Of a stretch of 64,000 nucleotides of DNA, positions 8,943 to 17,509 are shown piece by piece. Made by a program: the position numbers and the translations under genes. The stretch's first letter is position 1. Each line of letters opens with the position of its first letter. The DNA comes from a candidate division WWE3 bacterium RIFCSPHIGHO2_01_FULL_40_23. Its GTDB lineage: Bacteria; Patescibacteriota; WWE3; UBA101185; 2-01-FULL-41-18. The DNA is taken from assembly GCA_001772615.1 (NCBI GenBank), contig MEUZ01000007.1, forward strand, positions 108,283 to 172,282, written 5' to 3'. The notes under the pieces are model-generated. The model was not told where the DNA came from. It searched no databases and saw nothing but the letters and a program-made list of their open reading frames with translations.

Positions 8943-9179
8943 ATGGACCCTATGGCAATAGCTATACTGGCCCTTATAGCTGCAACTGGCGAGAGGGTAG
9001 CAACGATAACGCAGCTTGTGGCCTGGCCAGATAGTTACGAATTCTGTGCGGTGACAGAACTTGGAAGGATCTTCTGCGTGATCGTGAGGCAGAAGGAAAT
9101 GTCAGGAACACTCCAGGATCTTTCCGCGAAGAAGTCAAGCGAGTTCTCCTACACTCCCAACGGCGTCATACTACAATAG
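8943..9179 (+). CDS. small hypothetical protein
   Basis: 78-aa ORF with AAAGGAGGA RBS; terminator hairpin at 9188-9226. Confidence 0.55.
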   Translation: MDPMAIAILALIAATGERVATITQLVAWPDSYEFCAVTELGRIFCVIVRQKEMSGTLQDLSAKKSSEFSYTPNGVILQ

Positions 9180-9339
9180 CCTCTGATGTCGGAACAAAAC
9201 GGTTCTTCTAAAAAGAGCCGTTTTTTGTTACCCACTTCTCACAACAATTAATCTGAAAAACTATAAAAAATCCCAACTTCTTCCACCACCCCCCAAATAA
9301 TTGGTTGACAGAATTCTGTAAGAATTCTATAATTTACCT

Positions 9340-9627
9340 GTGACTCAAGAACAAATTATAAAAAAGGAAAGATTTACCAGCATTCAGGAAGCACAGGCAG
9401 GGCTCACGAACATCCTTAAAAAAGCTCAGGAAGGTGAATTTTTCTATAGAGTCCTTCGAAACAATGAACCGATCGGTGTTCTCCTTCCCAATAACCTCTG
9501 GGAGGACTTAATTGAAGATTTGGAAGCTCTTAGTTCACCAAACTATTTAAAAAGCATAAAAGAAGCCAGAAAATCTAAAAAATTCTATACTCTAGAAGAA
9601 GTAAAAAAACAACTCAACCTCAAATAA
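9340..9627 (+). CDS. Phd/YefM-family antitoxin
   Basis: GTG start. FTSIQEAQAGLTNILKKAQEGEFFYRVLRNNEPIGVLLP matches the Phd/YefM N-terminal fold. Sits immediately upstream of a RelE-like remnant. Confidence 0.7.
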   Translation: MTQEQIIKKERFTSIQEAQAGLTNILKKAQEGEFFYRVLRNNEPIGVLLPNNLWEDLIEDLEALSSPNYLKSIKEARKSKKFYTLEEVKKQLNLK

Positions 9628-9879
9628 TGTGCGAATTATATTATCCAAGCGGGCTTTAAAAGATCTAAAGAAGATTAGCGCTGATAAAGGCGCCAGATCA
9701 TTGATAAGCTTTCTTATTTTGAAAAGCAAGAAAACCCTTTGCTGTTCTCCGGACCGTTAACACACTCTACACTTGGGCAAGCCAAGTTTAGAATTGGAGA
9801 ATACAGAGTAACTTTTGACCATGATAACGAAAAAATAATAATCTTAAGAATTGGGCACAGGAAAGAAATTTACAAATAA
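9627..9879 (+). pseudogene. RelE/ParE-family toxin, disrupted by at least two frameshifts
   Basis: Three frames carry successive pieces: MCELYY; then SKRALKDLKKISADK; then QIIDKLSYFEKQENPLLFSGPLTHSTLGQAKFRIGEYRVTFDHDNEKIIILRIGHRKEIYK*, a typical RelE C-terminus. The start overlaps the antitoxin stop. Confidence 0.7.
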
Positions 9880-9917
9880 TACAGGGTTCTAACTTCTCCC
9901 CCCACTCCCTGCCAAGC

Positions 9918-10247
9918 TTAGAAACTTAACATCGGATAAACGTCAAAAGCTACTTCTTCATAAGGATGGACTTCCCTTACAGCCCTCATCACTGCTTCAA
10001 GTTTATCTTTCTCACAAACAGTCTCAATTCTTTCCTCTTCCACTAATACCAGCCCTCCGACTTTTCCAATTGCGGGATGTGAACCTTCCAATGGTTTGTA
10101 CCTACCCTCTCCCTTAACAGAAAAACTGCAGTGACTGTAATTGCCTATCTTCCCCGCACCAGAATTCCCAATTGCCTCTCTTACCCTATCCGCGTGTGTT
10201 TGAGGAACAAAAACCACCAATTTAACTAATTCACCTTCCTGATTCAT
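9918..10247 (-). CDS. small conserved hypothetical (PII/CutA-like or Nif3-insert-like fold suspected)
   Basis: 109-aa ORF; VVFVPQTHADRVREAI...GAGKIGNY...VHPYEEVAFDVYP pattern. The family assignment is uncertain. Confidence 0.45.
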   Translation of the reverse strand: MNQEGELVKLVVFVPQTHADRVREAIGNSGAGKIGNYSHCSFSVKGEGRYKPLEGSHPAIGKVGGLVLVEEERIETVCEKDKLEAVMRAVREVHPYEEVAFDVYPMLSF

Positions 10248-10364
10248 CCTAATATCAATTTAGCAAAAAACCCCAACTTCTTCCACCACTTCCCCGCCAA
10301 ATGGGACCGTTTAAACAGATATAAAATTCTTGATTTTCATTTAAACATATCTTATAATACCCCT

Positions 10365-10628
10365 ATGATACAAAAAGCATTTGGAATAGGAAATAGCGTG
10401 GCTGTTACTATACCTAAAAAAGTCGGAATAAAACCTGGCACTAAAGTTGTGTTTAAAATGGAGGACAATAAATTAATATATGAGGTATTGAAGCATAGAT
10501 CTCCTACCCCACAAGATAAACTGATCATAAATACCAGCGGAGCTTTTAAAATAAAGGTCAAGAATCTCAAACAAGTACTTAAAGATCTCAAAGACAATCA
10601 GTATGACAAAAAAATCAGTTTTCCTTGA
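10365..10628 (+). CDS. AbrB/MazE (SpoVT-AbrB fold) antitoxin, VapB-like
   Basis: GIGNSVAVTIPKKVGIKPG swapped-hairpin motif. Overlaps the downstream PIN gene by 26 nt. Confidence 0.65.
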   Translation: MIQKAFGIGNSVAVTIPKKVGIKPGTKVVFKMEDNKLIYEVLKHRSPTPQDKLIINTSGAFKIKVKNLKQVLKDLKDNQYDKKISFP

Positions 10629-11049
10629 TACAAGCTTTCTGGTAGCTTCTCAAGTCAAAGGGCATGAATTTCTGGAAAGAACCATTGAACTTAGAAAACA
10701 GTTCATTTATGAAAAGGCAAACCTGATAACAAGTCAAATTGTCTTTGATGATTTCTGGTATGTTCTAATCGGACTAAGCAAAGCGTCCGTTACAAACATA
10801 GATCCGAAAAAGCTTTACAGCCAATTAAAGAAAGCTACCCAAAATGTCCTTTTGTTTGAAGCTTTGAGTCTCTTGGATTTAGATCTTACTGCAAAAGAGC
10901 TGGTTGATACACTTGATATAATGTATAGATTCAAACAAAGACCGAGAGATGCAATTATTGTGAAGATCATGAAAAAGGCAAAGGTAAAATATATTGCCAG
11001 TTTTGATGAGCATTTTGATAAAGTTTCAGGGATTTCCAGAATTTATTAG
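10603..11049 (+). CDS. PIN-domain toxin, VapC-like
   Basis: VFLDTSFLVA (Asp box 1), DAIIV and SFDEHF acidic motifs; partnered with the AbrB-type gene. Confidence 0.7.
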   Translation: MTKKSVFLDTSFLVASQVKGHEFLERTIELRKQFIYEKANLITSQIVFDDFWYVLIGLSKASVTNIDPKKLYSQLKKATQNVLLFEALSLLDLDLTAKELVDTLDIMYRFKQRPRDAIIVKIMKKAKVKYIASFDEHFDKVSGISRIY

Positions 11050-11478
11050 AAACTTTTGTTATCATCCCTATTCCCACATCGTAACAAAAAGATCAGCTAT
11101 TTAGACTGATCTTAGTGAACAGGATTTCAACAGACGGTTAAGGATTGTAATCTTCCGTCACAATAATCACCCTCACTTTGCCCTGGGGAATTATGTTAGT
11201 CACTCTCCCCGTCAAAATTTCCGCTTTCTCCCCCTTCAAGAGAAATAAATTCTCCAATCTCCAACACACCGCCGAAAACGTGAGGCTCCACAATTTGAAC
11301 AACTACACCCGTATTCACATGACTCATTTGGATTTCTCCTCTCTTTTAGCTTTAGGCGATTATAACATCACTCCGAATACCTACTGGTTCCAAGATTAAT
11401 TGAGTTGAAGCAAATGAAGCCCATAGTTGTGTATTGGAGTTGTTGATGGTAAAATCAGTGAATTCAAAGGAGACTGAC

Positions 11479-11865
11479 ATGCTAGCATTCCAAAAAGGCA
11501 GATTGTACGTGCGCCTGATGAACGGTGGTATCACGTTTTTCTTCTACACCTTAGAAGACGTTCAGCAGGGATACCAGTTTTTTGATGCTCAAAACATAGC
11601 TGAAATGAGAGGCGGCCACGGCCAACCCTCTTTCGGCGATGACATAGAGTATACCAGGGACGGCGGAGTTGTCGGCCTCGGAACGGTAACGTTTAGAGAG
11701 GCTACCCGCGAAGACTTCATGGCCCTCATTCAAAATTGGTCAGAAAGGACTACGGGAGTCTCGGTGCAAACCTGGCTGGAGGCGGTAATGGGGGTTCCCG
11801 GCGGTCTACTACAAAGCGAAAAAGAAAGAATCCTCCAGGCAGCAAACGCAGCCAACGTCCTGTGA
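11479..11865 (+). CDS. hypothetical protein (first gene of the GC-rich island)
   Basis: AAGGAGACTGAC RBS then ATG (MLAFQKGRLYV...). High GC third positions. Confidence 0.55.
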   Translation: MLAFQKGRLYVRLMNGGITFFFYTLEDVQQGYQFFDAQNIAEMRGGHGQPSFGDDIEYTRDGGVVGLGTVTFREATREDFMALIQNWSERTTGVSVQTWLEAVMGVPGGLLQSEKERILQAANAANVL

Positions 11866-11992
11866 TAAGAACGGAAGGAGCCATTACATTTCAATGGCTC
11901 CCTTTCACTTTTCTAAATTAAAATCCCATAGAAGCTCACTTCATCTAAAGTTAAAATTTTAAATTACACTAGGTTGTAAATTGAATTTTGGA

Positions 11993-12030
11993 AAATAAAA
12001 AAAAGCGCAGGTTCAGGCGAACTTGCGCTT
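11993..12030 (-). terminator. Rho-independent terminator for the 12061-12396 gene
   Basis: On the minus strand: GCGCAAGTTCGCCTGAACCTGCGC followed by TTTTTTT. Confidence 0.7.
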
Positions 12031-12060
12031 TGTTTCCGATGTGATTTTGGCTTGAGGCCT

Positions 12061-12396
12061 TTATTCTTCCTTCTCCTTCAACTCACCCCTTTGCCACGTG
12101 TAGATTATCCTTGCAATTGCCCCAGCGATGGCAAGGACCAAGAGCACCAAAGGTAGAACCTGGATCAAAATGGCCACAAATAGCAAAACTATAAACATGA
12201 CAACCCCGGCTCCAATCGGCGCACCTATGACAGTAACCCAGATAAACCAATATGGATGCCGCGAACCCCTGTGGATCACGTACAACACCCCAGCCGCGGC
12301 AACAAGTGTCAGTAAAACAAACACCGTCCGGCCGGGGAGTGTGTTAAACAGGCTGTCCAAGAAAACCTGAGCGGCTTGCTTCCAAAATTCCATCAT
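12061..12396 (-). CDS. small membrane protein, paralog A
   Basis: 111-aa ORF; 3 TM helices; N-terminal MMEFWKQAAQVFLD parallels the downstream paralog. Confidence 0.55.
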   Translation of the reverse strand: MMEFWKQAAQVFLDSLFNTLPGRTVFVLLTLVAAAGVLYVIHRGSRHPYWFIWVTVIGAPIGAGVVMFIVLLFVAILIQVLPLVLLVLAIAGAIARIIYTWQRGELKEKEE

Positions 12397-12517
12397 TTTC
12401 TCTTCTCGCTTTCTTTTTGCGTAGGTTTGTATGTAAAGCTTATAGCATCATAATAAATTTGGTTTTTGTTTGCAAATCGTATTGGGTAAAAAGATTATTC
12501 ATAAACAGATTTAGGAA

Positions 12518-12549
12518 GTAAAAAGCGCAGATTTTTTTGGACCTGCGCC
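12518..12549 (-). terminator. Rho-independent terminator for the 12577-12921 gene
   Basis: Minus strand: GGCGCAGGTCC...CTGCGC followed by TTTTT. Confidence 0.65.
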
Positions 12550-12576
12550 TCGGCTTGCGTATTTCGTTCTCTCCCA

Positions 12577-12921
12577 CTAAGTCTTATGCATTTTCTTCTG
12601 CAGGAAGGAAAAGAACAAAGCCATTATCAACCCGAACCCTGAAATCGGCAGGAGATATGGAGTAAGCCAAATGATCAGGGCTATTGCAGCCCAAATGACT
12701 GACAGTACCATCCCAGAACCCACGGGGAAAAGCAGCGAGAAAAGGAATAGTTCCCAAAACGGTGTAGGACGACCCGCCTTCCTCAACAACCAGTAGTTAA
12801 CAGCTTCCCCGATCACAATCGATCCTATGACCAGGAAAGGCAGACCTGATGGTGTGAAAGGAATATTTAAAAACTCCCCTGCCAGCTTCTTCCAGAACTC
12901 CAGCTGAAGTAGTGGTAACAT
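12577..12921 (-). CDS. small membrane protein, paralog B
   Basis: GGAGAGAAAA RBS before MLPLLQLEFWKK. Architecture parallels the 12061 gene. Confidence 0.55.
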   Translation of the reverse strand: MLPLLQLEFWKKLAGEFLNIPFTPSGLPFLVIGSIVIGEAVNYWLLRKAGRPTPFWELFLFSLLFPVGSGMVLSVIWAAIALIIWLTPYLLPISGFGLIMALFFSFLQKKMHKT

Positions 12922-13079
12922 TTTTCTCTCCATTCTTTTTTGATTTTGTGTCTTATAGTACTATACATAAATAGAGCTTTTGGGGCAAATCATTTCAATT
13001 TGAAGAATTTTATGTGAAGGTATATGAATCTTGTGGTTAATAAATGGGTTAGCCTTTTAAAGTGACATTTATTCTAAAT

Positions 13080-13148
13080 GTCATCCTGAACTTGATTCAG
13101 GATCTCATATTTTTACAGCAGAGATCCCGGATTTGATCCGGGATGACA
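13080..13148. repeat. Family-1 nested palindromic repeat (two hairpin units)
   Basis: GTCATCCTGAACTTGATTCAGGATC...AGATCCCGGATTTGATCCGGGATGACA. Confidence 0.7.
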
Positions 13149-13528
13149 TGCAAGCATATCACCTTAAAACGCCAGCCCAAATGAAAGGAAGAACCCGAAA
13201 GCCTGTCCGACGAAGCTTTTAGCGAAGTCGGATTCTTGTTCTTCCGTTTGGGCCGAATGGGAAAGATACAGGTTATCATTATCTCCAATGCATGCAATTT
13301 GCACATTGGTATCGGGCCGCCATCTCAAAACCTCCCAGCATACTCTTCCCGAAGTATGAAGGTACTGAAACCTAGCCCGTCGCCTTTTCGGCTTCGTCGC
13401 TCACTAATTTAGTAAGCCAAGGTCCAAACGAAATTTTTAATGGACCGCCTAGTCAGTTTTTACCCGCGTTCACTCTGGAGCGCAGGAGGCCAAACCGACA
13501 ACCTACACACCAAATCTACAAGGAGAAG

Positions 13529-13864
13529 TTAATCCTCCCAGTAGACCATTGACCCATCGCAAGTGCATTCAGGGTCAATGCAGACTCCGCCTTCCCTAAA
13601 GACTTTGGGGTTACCCAAAGAATCCAACCTATAATCGGAGTAATAGATCCAAGTAACCCCGATTGATGGGTTCTCCTTAAGGAACATTTTCGCATCCTCA
13701 AGGGAAAGGAACATACGGGAATTGGAAAAACCCCACAGTCTTACATAACCCAACAGTCTCATTCTCTCATTGGTCCAAGCCTGAACCATCTGATCAAAGA
13801 GAGTTTCCCTGTCCCTACCGACAAATAGAGCTCGAAAGAGGGCCAGGGTTAAAGTATCAGCCAT
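13529..13864 (-). CDS. hypothetical protein
   Basis: AAAGGAGAAG RBS before MADTLTLALF...; C-terminal CxC. Confidence 0.5.
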   Translation of the reverse strand: MADTLTLALFRALFVGRDRETLFDQMVQAWTNERMRLLGYVRLWGFSNSRMFLSLEDAKMFLKENPSIGVTWIYYSDYRLDSLGNPKVFREGGVCIDPECTCDGSMVYWED

Positions 13865-14251
13865 TTTTTCTTCTCCTTTTATCCCTAAGCTCATGGCAAA
13901 AGCTTGGGAAAGACTTAATTACCCTCAAGCCAATTCTTGAGAGCAGAATTTTAGAATCCATTAATCAAACATGAATCCCAAAATCCCATCAAAAAAGCCG
14001 GGAACCAAAGAGAAAACTTCTCTTAAGATCTCGGCCTTCCAACTCGCGCGAAACTATGAAAAAGATCATTGGACAAGCTTGGATCTCTGGTATCCTAGGT
14101 ACACCTTATTATACTATAAGTCATAGATAATGCCAAGCTAAACAAAAGGCCCGGGCGTATTTTTAATTCTCACCAAATACGCCGGGCCTTAACGAGAGTT
14201 CCACTTATCGTTTTTATAACCGGGAGACGTGTCAGCTCACGGTAACCAGGT

Positions 14252-16939
14252 TTATTCTTCAGCGTTATCCTGGAGAGCTTTTTTGAAGGCCGCGCTCATA
14301 GAAGTTTCTCCCTCTTCCCCACCTTCAGTGTAAAAAGGAGGTTTCTCGGGTTTGGCCTTCCTTGTGCCGCTTGGAATCGGAAAGGCCTTGATCTCCTCAA
14401 GCTTTTGCCTTGCGGTAGCAAGCTCAAGGCGGGTCTTTGCAATTTCCTCTTCATAGTCTTTCGGACCATAAATTGGAATCGCAAAATACCCATAGATCCT
14501 TACCTTCCGTCCTCCGCGGCCATTGGGACCCTCGGGATTATTGCCTTGATACTCAAACAGATGTAGCTGTGTTGAGTTCTTGGCCCTCACCCGAGCGTAG
14601 CATCGCACACCGGTCTTGGCCTGTGTGCGTGTGTAGGGATCAGCAATGAGCTTCACCCAGGTCCCGCTTGCCTCGTCAAAGAACGGACCAGCAATGAAAT
14701 TACTCTCGTCGCGGGAGCCTTGCTCACCGGTGATAAAAGTAACTTCAAACGCCGCCCCATCTTCAACGGGCATCAAACCATAAGCTGAAGAAAGGCGCTC
14801 AATAGCAGCCGCTTCAGCCTGGTCAACCTCGGTAGCGGTTTCATTGCGACTCCGTTCCAAGTCGCGAAGAGCCCACTCAAGCTGACCAATTTCTTCTTCC
14901 GCCGCCTTAATCGCCTTGCGGCGCTTGGTGACCTCGGGGCTTGTGGAAGAATAACACCACCCATTAAAATCCGGATCGTAGTCGTCACCGACAATTTCCG
15001 GATCCCAGCCGTAAACTTCGCACGGCCAGACGGTGGTTTCTTCCTCACCCGAAGCGGGTTTGAAGGACCGGATCGGATCCTCCCTTTCCTCACGGGAAAC
15101 GTGAATCGTCACATTCCCAACGTAGGAAAGGTCAAATCCCGTCCCCTCTCCGCGGAAGCGCTCGTGCGGTTCAAGTTCACGAGCTTTTATGGTCTGAATA
15201 CCGGTTATTCCTGAAGCGGGGAGCTTCACAACCTCCCAGCTCTCATCAAACCGGTTGTCAACTTGCCAGCGTGACCAACGCAAGGCAAGCATTTCGGGGC
15301 CAACCATCTCCCAGCGCTTTACGCCTTCCGAGGTATAGCGCTTGCGATAGTCAGTCCCCGACGGCTCAACTTCCTCCCCGTCAGGGCCGATAACCCACAG
15401 ATCACTCTGTTCGTTGTCGCCCATCCAGCGGAAGTGGCCGGAAAAGTTAAGAAGAATCCGGCCGCTTTCTGCTTCTGACAGAATCTCCTCACACTCGCGG
15501 ATCTTTTCAAGAGCCGCCGCGTAGTCCTGCTTTTTAGCCTGCAGGATACCCGCCACAGCCCTCGCCTGCTCGGAATCTTTACCCAGTTTTTCAACCAGGT
15601 TTTGATATCCACCAAGCGCTGCGAGTCGGCCGGCTTCCGAACCCCTTAACCTTATGGCCAGACTCTTCTCGGCCATAAAGTCATGCTCGGTCAGGGAGGG
15701 AAGCTCAACTTCCGATTTCCCTTTTACCTGCGAGTCGTAGTAAAAATCTCCTTTCTTCTCGCAGTCCCCGACCCGAACGTAGCCCCCAAGCCAAGCTACC
15801 AGCTCAACGAGCTGGTTTCCCACCGCCTGCGGCAAAAACTGCAGGACGGTGAGGGCTGCAGGAGAAAACTTGGAGCCGAAAACACCTTTTTCGGTGAAAT
15901 AGTAGAAGGCAAAATCCTTCCATTCTTTCACAAGGTGGTCTCGATCCCACTCGCTTTCAAGGTGATCCAGTGTTGAAGCAAGGATCACCTCTCCGGCTTC
16001 CCGCGGCAGGGCATCCACAGAAAGGAGAAGCTTAGCCATATCGGCAACTTCCAGCCTCTTCTCCATCTGAAATTTCTCCGCGATAATCTGCTCCGCTTTT
16101 TCATAACGGAGGCAGTTACCACAGATCATCCGGCCTTGGATCCACCACGGATACTTTCCTTCCCGCGTGTCCCCCCAGCCGGAGCAATCCTTGCCACATC
16201 GGCCGCAAGTTTCTTCGTGCCGGCAGGTTTCGCATTTGGGATATGAATCCCAAACTTGCAAATCCCGCCGCTTACGACCGCACGGGCATGGGGGGTAAGC
16301 TGACTCCAGCTCGGTCTGATACCAAGCTGGAAGGTAGCGAACGGACAAAACCACTTTCCAAGCCGGGTCGTACACCGGATCTAAGCGATGAAAATACCAA
16401 TCGCCTCGGTCCTGTACGACCAGCTTGGTCAGCTGGTTTATTATTACCGGCAAAGCTTCTTCCCGTTCGCCGGTCTTCTCCCACGCAAGCTCACCCCTAA
16501 AGCTTACTTTCTCCCGCTCAAGAGGAGTCACCCGAATCTGGTGCTCCTCAAGAATGGAAGACGAAAGGTCGGCACCCCACACTAGTGTGTAGGTTCTCCT
16601 GTAGAAAGGAGTGCCGTTCCTCTCCTGAATCGGCCGTTCGTCACGCACACCTTCTTCGCTCTCGTTAAAGAGCCAGTCGGTTGCGATCGTAACCAGACCG
16701 ATCATCCCGTTTCCCAGATCTTTCCACCTTTCGGTGTAAAGAGGAGGGGCGGGTTTCCCCCGATACATCGTCCGGCCACGACCATCTTTCTTCGTTGTAA
16801 TCTCCTCCAGCTCCACACGCACCGTTTTATTAACGGGGGTGCCGGAGGGGAGAAAGACGATACACCTTCCGTAGGAGGCAACAGCCTCCCCGGGATTCTT
16901 GCCCTCGCGTGTTTCGAGGGTAACGATTTCTCCGGACAT
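14252..16939 (-). CDS. Large hypothetical protein: N-terminal TRAM-like domain, central Cys cluster (Zn-ribbon-like), C-terminal coiled coil
   Basis: AAAGGAGG RBS. N-terminal GEAVASYGRCIVFLPSGTPVNKTVRVELEEITTKKDG resembles a TRAM fold. CPCGRKRRD...CETCRHEETCGRCGKDCSGW...CGNC gives 12 Cys in 60 aa. A heptad-rich segment follows (EEEIGQLEWALRDLERSRNETATEVDQAEAAAIERL). Confidence 0.6.
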   Translation of the reverse strand: MSGEIVTLETREGKNPGEAVASYGRCIVFLPSGTPVNKTVRVELEEITTKKDGRGRTMYRGKPAPPLYTERWKDLGNGMIGLVTIATDWLFNESEEGVRDERPIQERNGTPFYRRTYTLVWGADLSSSILEEHQIRVTPLEREKVSFRGELAWEKTGEREEALPVIINQLTKLVVQDRGDWYFHRLDPVYDPAWKVVLSVRYLPAWYQTELESAYPPCPCGRKRRDLQVWDSYPKCETCRHEETCGRCGKDCSGWGDTREGKYPWWIQGRMICGNCLRYEKAEQIIAEKFQMEKRLEVADMAKLLLSVDALPREAGEVILASTLDHLESEWDRDHLVKEWKDFAFYYFTEKGVFGSKFSPAALTVLQFLPQAVGNQLVELVAWLGGYVRVGDCEKKGDFYYDSQVKGKSEVELPSLTEHDFMAEKSLAIRLRGSEAGRLAALGGYQNLVEKLGKDSEQARAVAGILQAKKQDYAAALEKIRECEEILSEAESGRILLNFSGHFRWMGDNEQSDLWVIGPDGEEVEPSGTDYRKRYTSEGVKRWEMVGPEMLALRWSRWQVDNRFDESWEVVKLPASGITGIQTIKARELEPHERFRGEGTGFDLSYVGNVTIHVSREEREDPIRSFKPASGEEETTVWPCEVYGWDPEIVGDDYDPDFNGWCYSSTSPEVTKRRKAIKAAEEEIGQLEWALRDLERSRNETATEVDQAEAAAIERLSSAYGLMPVEDGAAFEVTFITGEQGSRDESNFIAGPFFDEASGTWVKLIADPYTRTQAKTGVRCYARVRAKNSTQLHLFEYQGNNPEGPNGRGGRKVRIYGYFAIPIYGPKDYEEEIAKTRLELATARQKLEEIKAFPIPSGTRKAKPEKPPFYTEGGEEGETSMSAAFKKALQDNAEE

Positions 16940-16966
16940 GGCTTTTTAGCCTCCTTTTATTTTTTT

Positions 16967-17033
16967 GTCATCGCAAGTGAAGGGCGGTGGTCCTGACTTG
17001 ATTGCTTCGGTCGCTCTGCTTCCTCGCAATGAC
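16967..17033. repeat. Family-2 palindromic repeat (GTCATCGCAAG...GATTGCTTCGG...CTCGCAATGAC)
   Basis: Nested palindromes with outer GTCAT/ATGAC and inner GATTGCTTCG; see other copies. Confidence 0.7.
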
Positions 17034-17192
17034 GAATAATTGGTCATTCTGATGCCTGCCCGCCTCTGGTGGGAAAGCCAGAATCTAGCTGCCTTACAGG
17101 CAACAACCCGCTCCCAAGATAGCAGACTGAATTAAAATTTTTTGAATTGGACCTACCTTCCAATTCCAATCTTATTCAGCCAATCCCACTTT

Positions 17193-17249
17193 AGATCCCG
17201 CATCAAGTGCGGGATGACAGAAGAGTCATTCCCGCGAAAGCGGGAATCT
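17193..17249. repeat. Family-1 nested palindromic repeat
   Basis: AGATCCCGCATCAAGTGCGGGATGACA...GTCATTCCCGCGAAAGCGGGAATC. Confidence 0.7.
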
Positions 17250-17431
17250 AAACATAGGAATTTTCTCCTGATCTTGGAAACGGATTGCTGCCAACAAATT
17301 TTAGAAATGAGCCGACAGCAGGATTAATACCTGTTACCTGTCGGCTCATGTGATTGCTTTGGAAACCTTTCTACCCCATAACCTAGAAGGTAGTTTCCAT
17401 TGAAGGTCTTGTACACGGCAATCCCATTTCA

Positions 17432-17509
17432 GATTGCTTCGCTACGCTCGCAATGACTAAATACATTGTCATCGCGAGGAGGCAGCCTATTGGCTGACAA
17501 CGAAGCGAT
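17432..17509. repeat. Family-2 palindromic repeat
   Basis: GATTGCTTCGCTACGCTCGCAATGAC...GTCATCGCGAGGAGG...CGAAGCGATC. Confidence 0.7.

Noticed and set aside
17142-17327. ORF encoding ...GMTEESFPRKRESKHRNFL
   Set aside because: This is the well-known pseudo-peptide produced by translating GTCATTCCCGCGAAAGCGGGAATC-type repeats. It sits in an intergenic repeat cluster.
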